The notes: generated from the sequence alone by a model not told the origin. Counted from the stretch's first letter, positions 38,858 to 48,126 are shown. The stretch: 64,000 bases of DNA from a bacterium (GCA_965203325.1 OZ241875.1:2496001-2560000); one strand, 5' to 3'. Program-made: numbers and translations.

Positions 38858-40882
38858 TTGCGCCAGGCGAAGCCCTGGAGAGGAGGATGCCATGACCTGA
38901 AACCTCTTATAGCGACTCAGCGGGTTCGACCCCCGCCCGGCAAAGGCGCAGCCCGTCAGCCGGAAGCGAGTCTTGCATGGCGTGCGGCAACGCGCGTCGT
39001 GAAGCGTAGACAGCAGGTGACGAAGCGGCGGGGGAAGCCTCGAAATCGGTCAATCGATGACGCCTTCATTGTTAACCATGTGGGGGCAGCACCGGAAGCG
39101 CCGCTATCGGCGAGGCGCAACGGGTCGTCCGGGGTCGTGGGCCGGCGCAAAGTCACGGGATGGGTCGCCAGGGAACCTGGGAGATCCTGCTCCTGCCCGT
39201 GGGCAAGGACGCTGGAAAGGGGATGCCAGCATGCAAATCCAGACCCCGGCCCGTCGCCGGGCCTGTACGGCGGCGGGAGCGCCTCATGGCGGACACGAAC
39301 CCGGCAGGCGCCCGCGGAGCCGGTTGGCGAAAACAATAAGCCGAAGGACATGCAAGGGCAGGAAGTCGTAGCGCCCTGATAGTATCGCTGAAGGCGGGGA
39401 ACCGTGGCCATCGGGACCCGCTGGAGGGAAGCGGGGCGTCATCTGTACAGAGCCACTGATGGGAAACGTTGGAGGAAACCCTGAGTTCCACAAACACGTA
39501 CACGAAACAGCAGTGGATAGCCGAACAGGCGAGGGAGCATCCGGAACGGGTGTTCACGTCCCTGCACCACCTCATCGACGGCGAGTGGATGCGCGAAGCG
39601 TACCGCCGCACGCGCAAGGATGGGGCGACGGGCATTGACCGCGTGAGTGCTGCCGACTACGAGAAGGACCTGGAGGCGAATCTTGACGACCTCCTGAGCC
39701 GGATGAAGTCGGGTCGCTACTTTGCGCCGCCGGTGCGTCGGCGCTACATCCCGAAGGCGGACGGCACGAAACGACCGCTTGGCATTCCGACGTTCGAAGA
39801 CAAGGTGGCGCAACGGGCAATCCTGATGCTGCTGGAGCCGATTTACGAGACGGACTTTTTGACGTGCTCGTACGGCTTCCGGCCCGGACGGTCGGCTCAC
39901 GATGCCCTGGACGCACTTCGCACGGGCATCATCGAGCAGCGCCAACGATGGGTGATAGACGCGGATTTGAAAGCGTACTTCGACTCAATCCCGCACACCC
40001 ACCTGCGGTCATTCCTCGACCTGCGGATTAAGGACGGCGTCGTAAGGCGCATGATTGACAAATGGCTGAAAGCGGGGGTGCTCGAAGAGGGCACCGTTCA
40101 CAGGCCGGTCGCCGGTACTCCTCAAGGTGGGGTCATCTCGCCGATGCTCTCGAACATCTTCCTGCACCATGTGCTGGACGAGTGGTTCGAGGAAGTGGCG
40201 AGGCCGCGCCTGCGCGGAAACTGCCAGCTGGTGCGATACGCCGATGACTTTGTCATCGCCTGCGAAGACCGCCACAGCGGCAAGCGATTGCTTAACGTGC
40301 TGGGCAAACGTCTCGGTCGATACGGACTCACGCTCCATGGGGCCAAGACGCGCTACGTGGACTTCCGCCGGAGGCGTCCCTACGGGCGTCACTGGATGGC
40401 GTCGGCCACGACGTTCGACTTCCTCGGCTTCACCCACGCTGGGGGCGGTCGATGCAAGGCAAGGACGTCGTTCGCCAAATCACGGCGAAAGGCCGCTTCG
40501 CCCGCGCGCTGAAATCGGTGCACGAGTGGTGCAAGAGACATCGGCACCTGCCGGTCAAGGCGCAGCATGACTATCTCGTCCGGGTGATACGAGGCCACTG
40601 CGCATATTACGGTCTGACAGGGAACGGCAAGCGTCTTCGGTGGTTCCGCTACCAGGTGGCTCGCACGTGGCGGAAGTGGCTTGCGCGCCGCAGCCGCCTG
40701 CGCCGGATGAACTGGGACCGGATGAACGCGCTTCTCTTGCGATACCCCCTTCCATTTGTCTCGTACGTGCGTTCTCGGCAAAGCTCCTTGAGCGAACCTG
40801 TCAGGTGAGGAACCGAGTGCGTCAATCGCGCACGCTCGGCTCTGTGGGGGGCGGGGCGCAGCGATGCCCCCGCCTACCCGGC
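38858..40882 (+). mobile_element. Group II intron (boundaries approximate)
   Basis: 5' TTGCG-CCAGG..CCTGG; domain V GAACCGAGTGCG..CGCACGCTCGGCTC (40810-40842); domain VI ending CCTACCCGGC; internal RT gene. Confidence 0.8.
39469..40808 (+). pseudogene. ltrA: Group II intron reverse transcriptase/maturase, frameshifted near 40440, no endonuclease domain
   Basis: RPLGIPTFEDK, SYGFRPGRS, GTPQGGVISP, RYADDFV, FDFLGFTH; maturase region (GHCAYYG) continues in another frame. Confidence 0.85.
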
Positions 40883-41062
40883 CGTCGCTTCCAGGACGAT
40901 CGCTCGAATGGATGCGCGGGCGTTGGAATCAATCCGCTTTCGGTTTGATTACAAGCAATGATTAACAGATTTTATTCGATATTGATCAAGACAGATAACA
41001 AGTATAATTTCAATAAGTTACATCGAAAACACAGGCAATGAATGCGGTACTGCATATCGAAC

Positions 41063-41154
41063 TGGCGGAGAGGGAGGGATTCGAACCCCCGGTGCAGTTG
41101 CCTGCACAACAGATTTCGAGTCTGCCGCCTTAAACCGGACTCGGCCACCTCTCC
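41063..41154 (-). tRNA. tRNA-Ser(CGA)
   Basis: GGAGAGG acceptor stem, anticodon arm GCAGA-CT CGA AA-TCTGT, long variable arm, GGTTCGAATCC T-loop, encoded CCA. Confidence 0.95.
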
Positions 41155-41169
41155 GTAAGAATCGTCACG

Positions 41170-41652
41170 TCAGCGCGCGGCCTGCCTCGCCTCACGCGCG
41201 ATGCGTCGGCGCTCCTCGAAAAAGGCGCGCAGCATCGCGGCGCTCTCCTCGGCCAATACGCCCGAGGTTATCGGCACGCGGTGGTTCACGCGCGGGTCCG
41301 AGGGAATGTCGAACAACGAGCCGCAGGCCCCGCCCTTGGGGTCCGTGGCCCCGAAGACGAGCCGCGCGATCCGCGAGTTGACGACCGCGCCTGCGCACAT
41401 GGGGCACGGCTCGAGCGTGACATATAAGGTCGCGCCGTCGAGCCGCCAGATGCCGTCTGTCTGGGCGGCTTCTCTGAGCGCCAGGACTTCCGCGTGCGCG
41501 GTGGGGTCGCAGGCGGCTTCGCGCCTGTTGTAGCCACGGCCCAGCACCCGGCCCTCGCGCACCACCAGCGCGCCCACGGGCACGTCGCCCGCCTCTTCGG
41601 CCATCCCGGCCAGCGCCAGCGCCTCCGCCATCCAGCGCTCGTCTTCTCTCAT
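41170..41652 (-). CDS. tadA: tRNA-specific adenosine(34) deaminase
   Basis: VPVGAL, DPTAHAE, TLEPCPMC and DPKGGA motifs. Confidence 0.92.
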   Translation of the reverse strand: MREDERWMAEALALAGMAEEAGDVPVGALVVREGRVLGRGYNRREAACDPTAHAEVLALREAAQTDGIWRLDGATLYVTLEPCPMCAGAVVNSRIARLVFGATDPKGGACGSLFDIPSDPRVNHRVPITSGVLAEESAAMLRAFFEERRRIAREARQAAR

Positions 41653-41843
41653 CTGATCGGTTGAATACACTTGTCCTTCTCCATCCGGTTGTTCTCGCGG
41701 CTCCTAAAAGACCACGAATCGAAACCGCTGGCAAGCGGGGGAGGCGTTTCCCGCGCATGAGGCATCGCTCTTGCCGGATGCGGAAAAACCTGAGAGGCTT
41801 GGGGCCTTACCCGTCACTCACACTATTTTTGAAGGATGCCCCT

Positions 41844-42599
41844 ATGCTTTGGGAAGAACTCAGCTGGCCGCAGCACAAGGAAATGGCCCAAAACGGGGCC
41901 GTGGTCGTCATCCCCTTCGCCTCGATGGAACAGCACGGGCCGCACAGCCCCGTGGTGGTGGACACGCTGCTTTGTGAGAGCGTCTGCCGCAAGGCGGTGG
42001 ATGGACTCGAGAACGTGCTGCTGACCCGCACGATGTGGACGGGCACGTCGCACCACCATTTCGAGTACCCGGGAACCATCTCCTTGCGTCTGGAAACCTA
42101 TGTCGCCCTCGTCAAAGACATCATCCGCTCCGTCGCCCATCACGGCTACAAGAAGATATTCGTCGTGAACGGCCACGGCGGTAACGTGCAGCCGCTCCAG
42201 GCCACGCTGAACGACATCGGCTACGACATCGAACTCACCATCTGGATGATCACCTACTTCCATCTGGGGAACGAAATTTCCGCGCAGATCCGGAAAACGC
42301 CCGTCGGTGGCATGGCCCACAGCGGGGAGTTCGAAACCGCCATGATGCTCCACCTGCGCCCCGACCTGGTGAACATGGACGAGGCGGTGGATCAGGTCAA
42401 CGAGAACCCCCATCCCCTGGGGACGAAGGACATGCACCACCGCGGAATGCTCTTCCGCCCCGTGGACTTCAACAGGCACCGCGCGCCCTCGGGCGTAGCG
42501 GGCATGCCCACGGCGGCCACGGCGGAGAACGGGGCGCAATACTTCGAGGCCGTATCCGCCCGCCTGCGCGGGCTGATTGAAGAACTGGCTGCGCTCTAG
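41844..42599 (+). CDS. Creatininase family amidohydrolase
   Basis: EQHGPH, PGTISL, NGHGGN and HSGEFET motifs. Confidence 0.9.
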   Translation: MLWEELSWPQHKEMAQNGAVVVIPFASMEQHGPHSPVVVDTLLCESVCRKAVDGLENVLLTRTMWTGTSHHHFEYPGTISLRLETYVALVKDIIRSVAHHGYKKIFVVNGHGGNVQPLQATLNDIGYDIELTIWMITYFHLGNEISAQIRKTPVGGMAHSGEFETAMMLHLRPDLVNMDEAVDQVNENPHPLGTKDMHHRGMLFRPVDFNRHRAPSGVAGMPTAATAENGAQYFEAVSARLRGLIEELAAL

Positions 42600-42601
42600 G
42601 C

Positions 42602-43483
42602 ATGGTCCGGGTCGCAGGCGAGTCCTCCCGAACGGCCAGATACCTGAACCTGAGCCGCGCGGGGGAGAACGACCCCGTCATCATCTGCTACGAGGCCGCA
42701 GGCGACGGCACGCCGATCCTCTGCGTGCCGGGGCTGGGCGATACGGTATGGGTGTGGCGGGAGATCGTCCCCACGCTCACGAGCATGCACCGCGTGGTCG
42801 CGGTGGAGCCGAGGGGGCACGGGCGCTCCTCGAACCCGCCGGGGAAATACACGCTCGCCGAGATGGCGGGGGATATCGGGGCCGTCGCCTCCCGCCTGGG
42901 CCTGAACCGCCCCGTCCTCATCGGGCACGGTCTGGGGGCGAGGGCGGCGCTTCTGCTCGCCATCGAGCAGCCCCGCCTGCCGGGCGCGCTCATTCTCATC
43001 GCGACGGGTGCGGCGCCCGCCGCCAAGAGCGTGCGCAGGGGCGTGGCCGAGCGCATCCATCTGGCCGAGGCGGGCGACATGCAGGAGGCATACCGGAACA
43101 GAAAGAGCGAGGGCAGAGGACCCAGGGGGATGACCCCCAAAGAGCGCGCGGAGCATCACCGCCTGTTTCTGCGGGGCGACCCTTCGGGATACGCCTCGGC
43201 GGGATACGCGGAGCTTCTCGCGCCCGACCTCACCGCGCGACTCGGCGAAGTCGCCTGTCCCGTGCTCGCCCTCACCGGCGAGGAAGACCCCGAATACCAT
43301 GAGGATGCACGAACCCTCTCGGCGGGGATTCCCCGGTGCGAGTCCATTCTCATCGAGGGGGCGGGCCGCTACGCGCAACTCGACAGGCCCGAGGCCGTGC
43401 TCGCTCTCATCCATGATTTTTTCAGGAAACACCATCTTTCAGTCGCCAAATCGACGGAGGAAACCCATGAGCCGATTAATTGA
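42602..43483 (+). CDS. Alpha/beta hydrolase-fold protein lacking the catalytic Ser/His
   Basis: PRGHGRS motif; the elbow reads GHGLG and the C-terminal motif reads AGRY. Confidence 0.75.
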   Translation: MVRVAGESSRTARYLNLSRAGENDPVIICYEAAGDGTPILCVPGLGDTVWVWREIVPTLTSMHRVVAVEPRGHGRSSNPPGKYTLAEMAGDIGAVASRLGLNRPVLIGHGLGARAALLLAIEQPRLPGALILIATGAAPAAKSVRRGVAERIHLAEAGDMQEAYRNRKSEGRGPRGMTPKERAEHHRLFLRGDPSGYASAGYAELLAPDLTARLGEVACPVLALTGEEDPEYHEDARTLSAGIPRCESILIEGAGRYAQLDRPEAVLALIHDFFRKHHLSVAKSTEETHEPIN

Positions 43484-44147
43484 TCTTACAGCCCCCCTGG
43501 GACATCCCGACCTTTGCGAGGTGCCGACGTTTCCGCCTGTGGAATACTGGCGGTTTCACGAACATCCCACGCACGGCCGCCAGAACAGCGCGGTCCGGAT
43601 GGCGATCCACCAGGGAACGCACCTGGACGCGCCCAGCCATTTCTTTCCCGACGGCGCCAACATCGACGAGATGCCGCTCGAGACCTTCTGCGGACGCGCC
43701 GTGAAGATCGACCTGAGGGAAACCGTGCAGGAGGCAGGCCCCATCACCCGGGCTATGATCGAAGCAAGCCCCGGCTTCGAACCCGGACGCCTGGACGGGG
43801 CCATCGCCGTCACGTGGACGGGCTGGGCGAAGGAGAAGCTCTTCACGCCCGGTTACTTCGCCACCAACCCCTACCTGGACACGGAGGCGTGCCACTTCCT
43901 GTGCGATTGCGGCATGAAGGCCCTTTGCATGGACCACGGGATCGACCCGGGCATGCAGGACGACTTCGTCGCCCACCACGAGGACTCCCCCGGCCACCGC
44001 GCCGTGCTGGGCCGGGGCGTTCCGCTCATCGAGCACGTCATCAACCTGGAAACTTTCGAGGAGAGCGAATTCGAGATGTTCGCCTTTCCGGTGAAACTCT
44101 ACAGAATCGAGGGTGCGCCCGCGCGCGTGGTCGCGCGTCTCGATTGA
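43467..44147 (+). CDS. Cyclase/kynurenine formamidase family metal hydrolase
   Basis: HQGTHLDAPSHF, LIEHVINL and GAPARVVA motifs; GGAGG RBS. Confidence 0.9.
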   Translation: MSRLIDLTAPLGHPDLCEVPTFPPVEYWRFHEHPTHGRQNSAVRMAIHQGTHLDAPSHFFPDGANIDEMPLETFCGRAVKIDLRETVQEAGPITRAMIEASPGFEPGRLDGAIAVTWTGWAKEKLFTPGYFATNPYLDTEACHFLCDCGMKALCMDHGIDPGMQDDFVAHHEDSPGHRAVLGRGVPLIEHVINLETFEESEFEMFAFPVKLYRIEGAPARVVARLD

Positions 44148-44164
44148 AAGGGAGGAACTTAAGC

Positions 44165-44557
44165 TTGCCGTTTTACCGAATATCCGAGATGGAAACGAAG
44201 TACATCGACATGGGCAAGGCGCAGACGCAAAGCGTCGCCGGAGAACTCATGAAGGCGGGCATGATCACCTATCCCGCGGACGGCGGCCCGCCGCCTCATT
44301 ACCACCCGAACGAGGAGCAGTTTCTGCTGGTGATGGAGGGAAAGGCGAACGTGATCCTGGGGGATGAGACCCGCGTCGTCGAGCCCGGCGATCTGGTGCA
44401 CATCCGCCGCAACGAGCGCCACGGCCTCCGCATCACCGAGGGGCCGTTCGCCTTCTTCACCGTGAAGAGCCCCGCAGGCGACGGTGACCTCTACCAGGAC
44501 TACAACAAGGCCGATGACGCCGAAGCGGCGCGGGAGAAACTGGAATCCACATTATAG
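44165..44557 (+). CDS. Cupin domain protein
   Basis: PPHYHPNEEQ..PGDLVHI..RHG; TTG start after GGAGG. Confidence 0.85.
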   Translation: MPFYRISEMETKYIDMGKAQTQSVAGELMKAGMITYPADGGPPPHYHPNEEQFLLVMEGKANVILGDETRVVEPGDLVHIRRNERHGLRITEGPFAFFTVKSPAGDGDLYQDYNKADDAEAAREKLESTL

Positions 44558-44586
44558 GATCACTTTTTTGACCAAGGAGATTTTGC

Positions 44587-44973
44587 ATGCCGTTTTATAA
44601 AATGGAAGACCTTCCTCAGGGGTCCTCATCGGTAGGCCCCGCCGTGAGCCACGCGACGGCGGGCGAGTTGATGAAGGTGGGCTGGGTGATCTATCCGCAG
44701 GGAGACGGCCCGCCGCCGCACTTTCATCCCAACGAGGAACAGTACATCCTGATGCTCGAGGGAAAGATGAACATGATCTGCGGCGAGGAGACGCGCGAGA
44801 TCGGCCCGGGCGAACTGGTGCACATCCCCAGAAACACGCGCCACGGCATCTACATCACCGAAGGCCCGGCGAAATTCTTCGCGGTGAAAAGCCCGGCTGG
44901 TGACGGCACGCTGGATCAGGACTACAACAAGGCGTCCGATGCCGACGAGGTGGCCGAACAGCTCAAGAACTAG
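44587..44973 (+). CDS. Cupin domain protein (tandem paralog of the previous gene)
   Basis: PPHFHPNEEQ..PGELVHI..RHG and the shared KSPAGDG..QDYNKA. Confidence 0.88.
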   Translation: MPFYKMEDLPQGSSSVGPAVSHATAGELMKVGWVIYPQGDGPPPHFHPNEEQYILMLEGKMNMICGEETREIGPGELVHIPRNTRHGIYITEGPAKFFAVKSPAGDGTLDQDYNKASDADEVAEQLKN

Positions 44974-44989
44974 AAAGCGGAACGGGAAG

Positions 44990-45279
44990 GGGTTGTTGTA
45001 AAAGTCCCTTTTCAAGGGGGTAGAGGGAACACCCTCTCACGACTGGAAAAGCACCCCCCCTACCCCTCCTTGTCAGGGGGGTAAAGGCGATGCCCCCCGA
45101 CGAGGAGGTGGAAGAAAAGCCCCCTTGTCAGGGGGATAGGAAAAGGCGACGCTCGCCGCTGGTAAAGGGATTTTTGTTTTTTCTTGCCCCCCTGACAAGG
45201 GGGGGTAGGGGGGGTGCCTTTATCCCCTGACAAGGGGGGCGAAAGCGGTGCCTCCGGCGAGGGGCTTTTTCAACAGCCC
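44990..45279. mobile_element. 290-bp MITE with terminal inverted repeats and internal REP-like palindromes
   Basis: TIRs GGGTTGTTGTAAAAG / CTTTTTCAACAGCCC; internal CCCCTTGTCAGGGGG units in both orientations. Confidence 0.75.
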
Positions 45280-45280
45280 G

Positions 45281-45315
45281 AAAAAAGCCGGTGGAACGCC
45301 CCACCGGCTTTCTTT
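45281..45315. terminator. Bidirectional intrinsic terminator
   Basis: AAAGCCGGTGG-loop-CCACCGGCTTT with A/T tails between convergent genes. Confidence 0.8.
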
Positions 45316-45321
45316 GTGTTT

Positions 45322-45855
45322 TTACTGCTGTGACTGCTGTGCCGCCTGCGCCATCCGCTGTTTCCGGAACTGCACGGCCTGGATGACGTCCTGCCAGACG
45401 AGACGCCCGAGGGGGCCCGAACTGTAGAGCGAGATGTTCACCTTCCCGTCGGGTGATAGCAGAAAGTTGGTGGCGTGGAGAAACGTCCTCGGCTTATCGC
45501 CCGCCTCGGGTGCGTAGAAAGCGCCCGTCGCTTCTGATATCCGCGCGGGGTCCAGGCTGTGGCCGACCGGAAAGTTCACCTTGCCGGCTTCGATGGACTG
45601 CAATGCTTCCTCTTCGGGGTCGGTGGACGCCGCGACGACCTTGATGCCCTCTGCTTCGAGTCTTTCTCCCGCCCGGGAGAATCCCGCCATCTGGGCGATG
45701 CAGTAGGGTCACCAATGGCTGCGGTAGAAAATGACGACGCCCCACGAGCCCAGCAAGTCGCCGGGCAGGGAGATTTTTCCGCCGCCCACCTTGGGAATAT
45801 CGAGACTCGGGAAATCATCCCCGGTGTCGAGGAACAACTGGCTCACTTTCGGCAT
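45322..45855 (-). CDS. Peroxiredoxin-like (AhpC/TSA) selenoprotein; UGA at 45709-45711 (codon 49) read as Sec
   Basis: MPKVSQLFLDTGDDFPSL...FYRSHW-U-PYC-IAQMAGF continues in frame into ORF 45322..45690. Confidence 0.85.
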
Positions 45856-45960
45856 GACGAACTCCACTGTTGTTCAGAAAAATGAATTCGGCTGAATCGA
45901 GTGCGCTCGATGTTACATCTCCCACAAAACAAAGAAAACCGGCCAGTTCAATCTTTGCGC

Positions 45961-45998
45961 AAAAAAACACCCCCTCGAAGCCTTAAGCCAAGGGGGTG
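45961..45998 (-). terminator. Intrinsic terminator after the second peroxiredoxin-like gene
   Basis: CACCCCCT..AGGGGGTG stem followed by T7 on the minus strand. Confidence 0.65.
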
Positions 45999-46015
45999 CC
46001 CGAAAAAGATGCGCG

Positions 46016-46516
46016 CTAGTTTTGGGACGCCATCATCTTCTTTTGGAACTGAACCAGACCCACCACGTCCTGCCAGACGAGGCGGCCGATGGGGCCCGTG
46101 CTGTAGACGGCGACGGCCACCGTTCCGTCGGGCTTTAAGACATAACCCGTGCTGTGAATGATCTGGCGTTTTTCCTCATAGAAACACCCCGTGAGTTCGG
46201 AAATATGCTTGTTGTCCAAGCCATAGCCCACGGGGAAATTGAGTCCGCATTCCTCAATCGTTCCCTTCGCGTTCTCCTCCGTGTCCACGGAGGCTGCAAC
46301 AACCTTGACGCCTTCTTCGGCGAGCTTCGCCGATCTGTCGAAGGCCGTAAGCTGCTGCTTGCAGTACGGTCACCAGTGTCCCCGGTAGAGCAGAACCACT
46401 CCCCAGTCGCCCGCGAGGTCGCCGGGCAGGGAGATTTTTCCACCTCCTACCCGGTCCACCTCGAGGCTCGGGAAGGGATCGCCCGAGTCGATCATCTTGT
46501 CCGTCATACGTGGCAT
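46016..46516 (-). CDS. Peroxiredoxin-like (AhpC/TSA) selenoprotein, tandem paralog; UGA at 46370-46372 (codon 49) read as Sec
   Basis: LYRGHW-U-PYC-KQQLTAF joins ORFs 46370..46603 and 46016..46288 in frame. Confidence 0.85.
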
Positions 46517-46671
46517 CAATGCGCCCTCCAGAAATGAATGAAGAAAAAACCTGAGACGAAGCGTTCCGAAACCCGACCATTTATACCCCTGCGGGAGAGA
46601 CAATTCAAACCGAATCGCACATCACACGCTCCATCGCGCCGATGATCATTGCGTTTTTCATCCCGGCGGTC

Positions 46672-46700
46672 TTGACAGGCCGAAGCCTCCTTTTTAGCAT
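46672..46700 (+). promoter_or_regulatory. Sigma70-type promoter
   Basis: TTGACA-17 bp-TAGCAT upstream of 46746. Confidence 0.6.
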
Positions 46701-46745
46701 AGGCCCACTTTTCAGAAGGCTCTCAATGAGCACAGGAGACCCTCG

Positions 46746-47024
46746 ATGAGCAACGCGATTTCTTGTGAATGCAAGACCATTAAGCTGCAGGGTGAATTCG
46801 AAACGGCGGCCGACGCCTGCAACACTGAGGTTCACCTGTCCGATGAGGACGCGGAGCGCTATCTCCCCCGAGATGAATCCCAGGAAAACATGGTCATCTC
46901 GAAAGATTGCCGGATTCCCCCTCTCACCAGCGTCATCCGCTACGGCGAGGGTTATTACGTGCTCAAGAAAGGCCGGGTCATGCGGGAGGGCTTCAGCAGA
47001 ACGCTTCCCGAATACAAGCAGTAA
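46746..47024 (+). CDS. Small hypothetical protein
   Basis: AGGAG RBS, upstream promoter, 92 aa. Confidence 0.65.
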   Translation: MSNAISCECKTIKLQGEFETAADACNTEVHLSDEDAERYLPRDESQENMVISKDCRIPPLTSVIRYGEGYYVLKKGRVMREGFSRTLPEYKQ

Positions 47025-47088
47025 ATGCGCCGGCGGGTTTCGCCGACTTCCAGAAATGAATCGTCACCCAACCCCGAGGAGATGACCC

Positions 47089-47451
47089 ATGCGCGCCCAA
47101 AAATACAGTTGGGACGAGATGCCCGAGGAGGTCCTGAACGATACCCTGTCGCGGAAGATGGTGGTGGGCGAAAAAGAGATGCTTTGCTGGCTCAAGCTCA
47201 AGCCCGGCTGCGTTGTACCCCTGCACAGCCACGAACACGAGCAGATATCCCATGTTTTACAGGGTAAGCTCCGGTTCCACATCGACGATGAGACCGTGGA
47301 TATCGGGCCGGGCGAAACGCTCCTCATCCCCCCGCACGTCCCCCACTCCGTGGAAGTCGTGGGCGATGAAACGGCGATTGACTACGACATCTTCAGCCCC
47401 ATCCGAGAAGACTGGGTCGACGGGACAGATAATTATCTGAGAGACGGCTAG
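47089..47451 (+). CDS. Cupin domain protein
   Basis: PLHSHEHEQ, IPPHVPHS and DIFSPIREDW motifs. Confidence 0.88.
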   Translation: MRAQKYSWDEMPEEVLNDTLSRKMVVGEKEMLCWLKLKPGCVVPLHSHEHEQISHVLQGKLRFHIDDETVDIGPGETLLIPPHVPHSVEVVGDETAIDYDIFSPIREDWVDGTDNYLRDG

Positions 47452-47602
47452 CGGGAAATTTCCGCAGGGCGGCCAGGAGGACAAAGGGTGCAGGGCGCAG
47501 GAGTGGTTCGGACTCGCACCCGGATGCTCCCCGCCCCCGATTTGCCGCCTGGCCAGACAAACACGAATCAAAGAAAAACCCCAAAACGGCGCTTTCTCTC
47601 AA

Positions 47603-47772
47603 TCCCAAGATATTGTATCCACAATTCATCGCAACACTATATATAGAATCTACGTAAATGATTGCTTTATTTGCGCTAATGCGGTTATCCCCATCTGGAT
47701 AACCTGTGGGTAAAATCACCTTTTTAACCCAATATATTGTGCAGTTATACGAAAATATACTATATTTTGTAT
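47603..47772. promoter_or_regulatory. Cluster of four NrdR-box-like palindromes and four DnaA-box-like 9-mers
   Basis: CAAGATATTG 47606, CTATATATAG 47637, CAATATATTG 47730, CTATATTTTG 47760; GTATCCACA 47615, TTATCCCCA 47685, TCTGGATAA 47694, TGTGGGTAA 47705. Confidence 0.6.
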
Positions 47773-47780
47773 CAAATTTC

Positions 47781-47809
47781 TTGACAGACGCGAGGATTCA
47801 GCTTACATT
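47781..47809 (+). promoter_or_regulatory. Strong sigma70-type promoter with no convincing downstream ORF
   Basis: TTGACA-17 bp-TACATT. Confidence 0.7.
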
Positions 47810-47814
47810 GTCGG

Positions 47815-47970
47815 GGAAGGGTAGCAGAGCAAAGTCACTTCAGCACGAGTTCAGGTAGGCGCGTCCGCCCCTCATCTTCGCTGGAAAAGCAATTTTTGCA
47901 GGCAAGTCGTCGACGTTTTGCGTGATGATTGGCGGAAGAGTGATCCCTCCGGGCATCGCCTGCCCTTTCC
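47815..47970 (+). ncRNA. Candidate structured non-coding RNA (family not identified)
   Basis: Begins at the expected TSS; 5' GGAAGGGTAG pairs with CTGCCCTTTCC (47960-47970); nested GTCACT/AGTGAT stem. Confidence 0.45.
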
Positions 47971-48078
47971 TTCCAGAGGATGCCCCTATCCTACCCAGGG
48001 GCCCCCACGGGGCCCCATAAATATGAAAAGCCGGGAAACGAGACCCTGCGCCGGACGCTTGCATGCGCCGTTCAGGAC

Positions 48079-48113
48079 AAAAAAGCCCCCCTCGCCGTGA
48101 GGGGGGCATTCTT
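48079..48113. terminator. Bidirectional intrinsic terminator
   Basis: AAAAAA-GCCCCCCTC..GAGGGGGGC-ATTCTT. Confidence 0.75.
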
Positions 48114-48126
48114 GTTCGTCGCGTAA

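Noticed and set aside
39469..40808. RT as part of a diversity-generating retroelement or retron, with the 73-bp repeat as template repeat
   Set aside because: The RT has group II intron motifs, a maturase region and domains V/VI; the repeat copies differ by one G/T change, not adenine-specific changes; no avd-like gene is present.
41063..41154. tRNA-Sec, given the nearby selenoproteins and the long variable arm
   Set aside because: The anticodon is CGA with a normal 7-bp acceptor stem, so it is tRNA-Ser.
44990..45279. CRISPR array
   Set aside because: The repeats are irregularly spaced, occur in both orientations and have no unique spacers; no cas genes are in the window.
47918..48100. 60-aa ORF downstream of the strong promoter
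   Set aside because: No RBS, Pro/Arg-rich non-protein-like composition, and it runs into the terminator hairpin.
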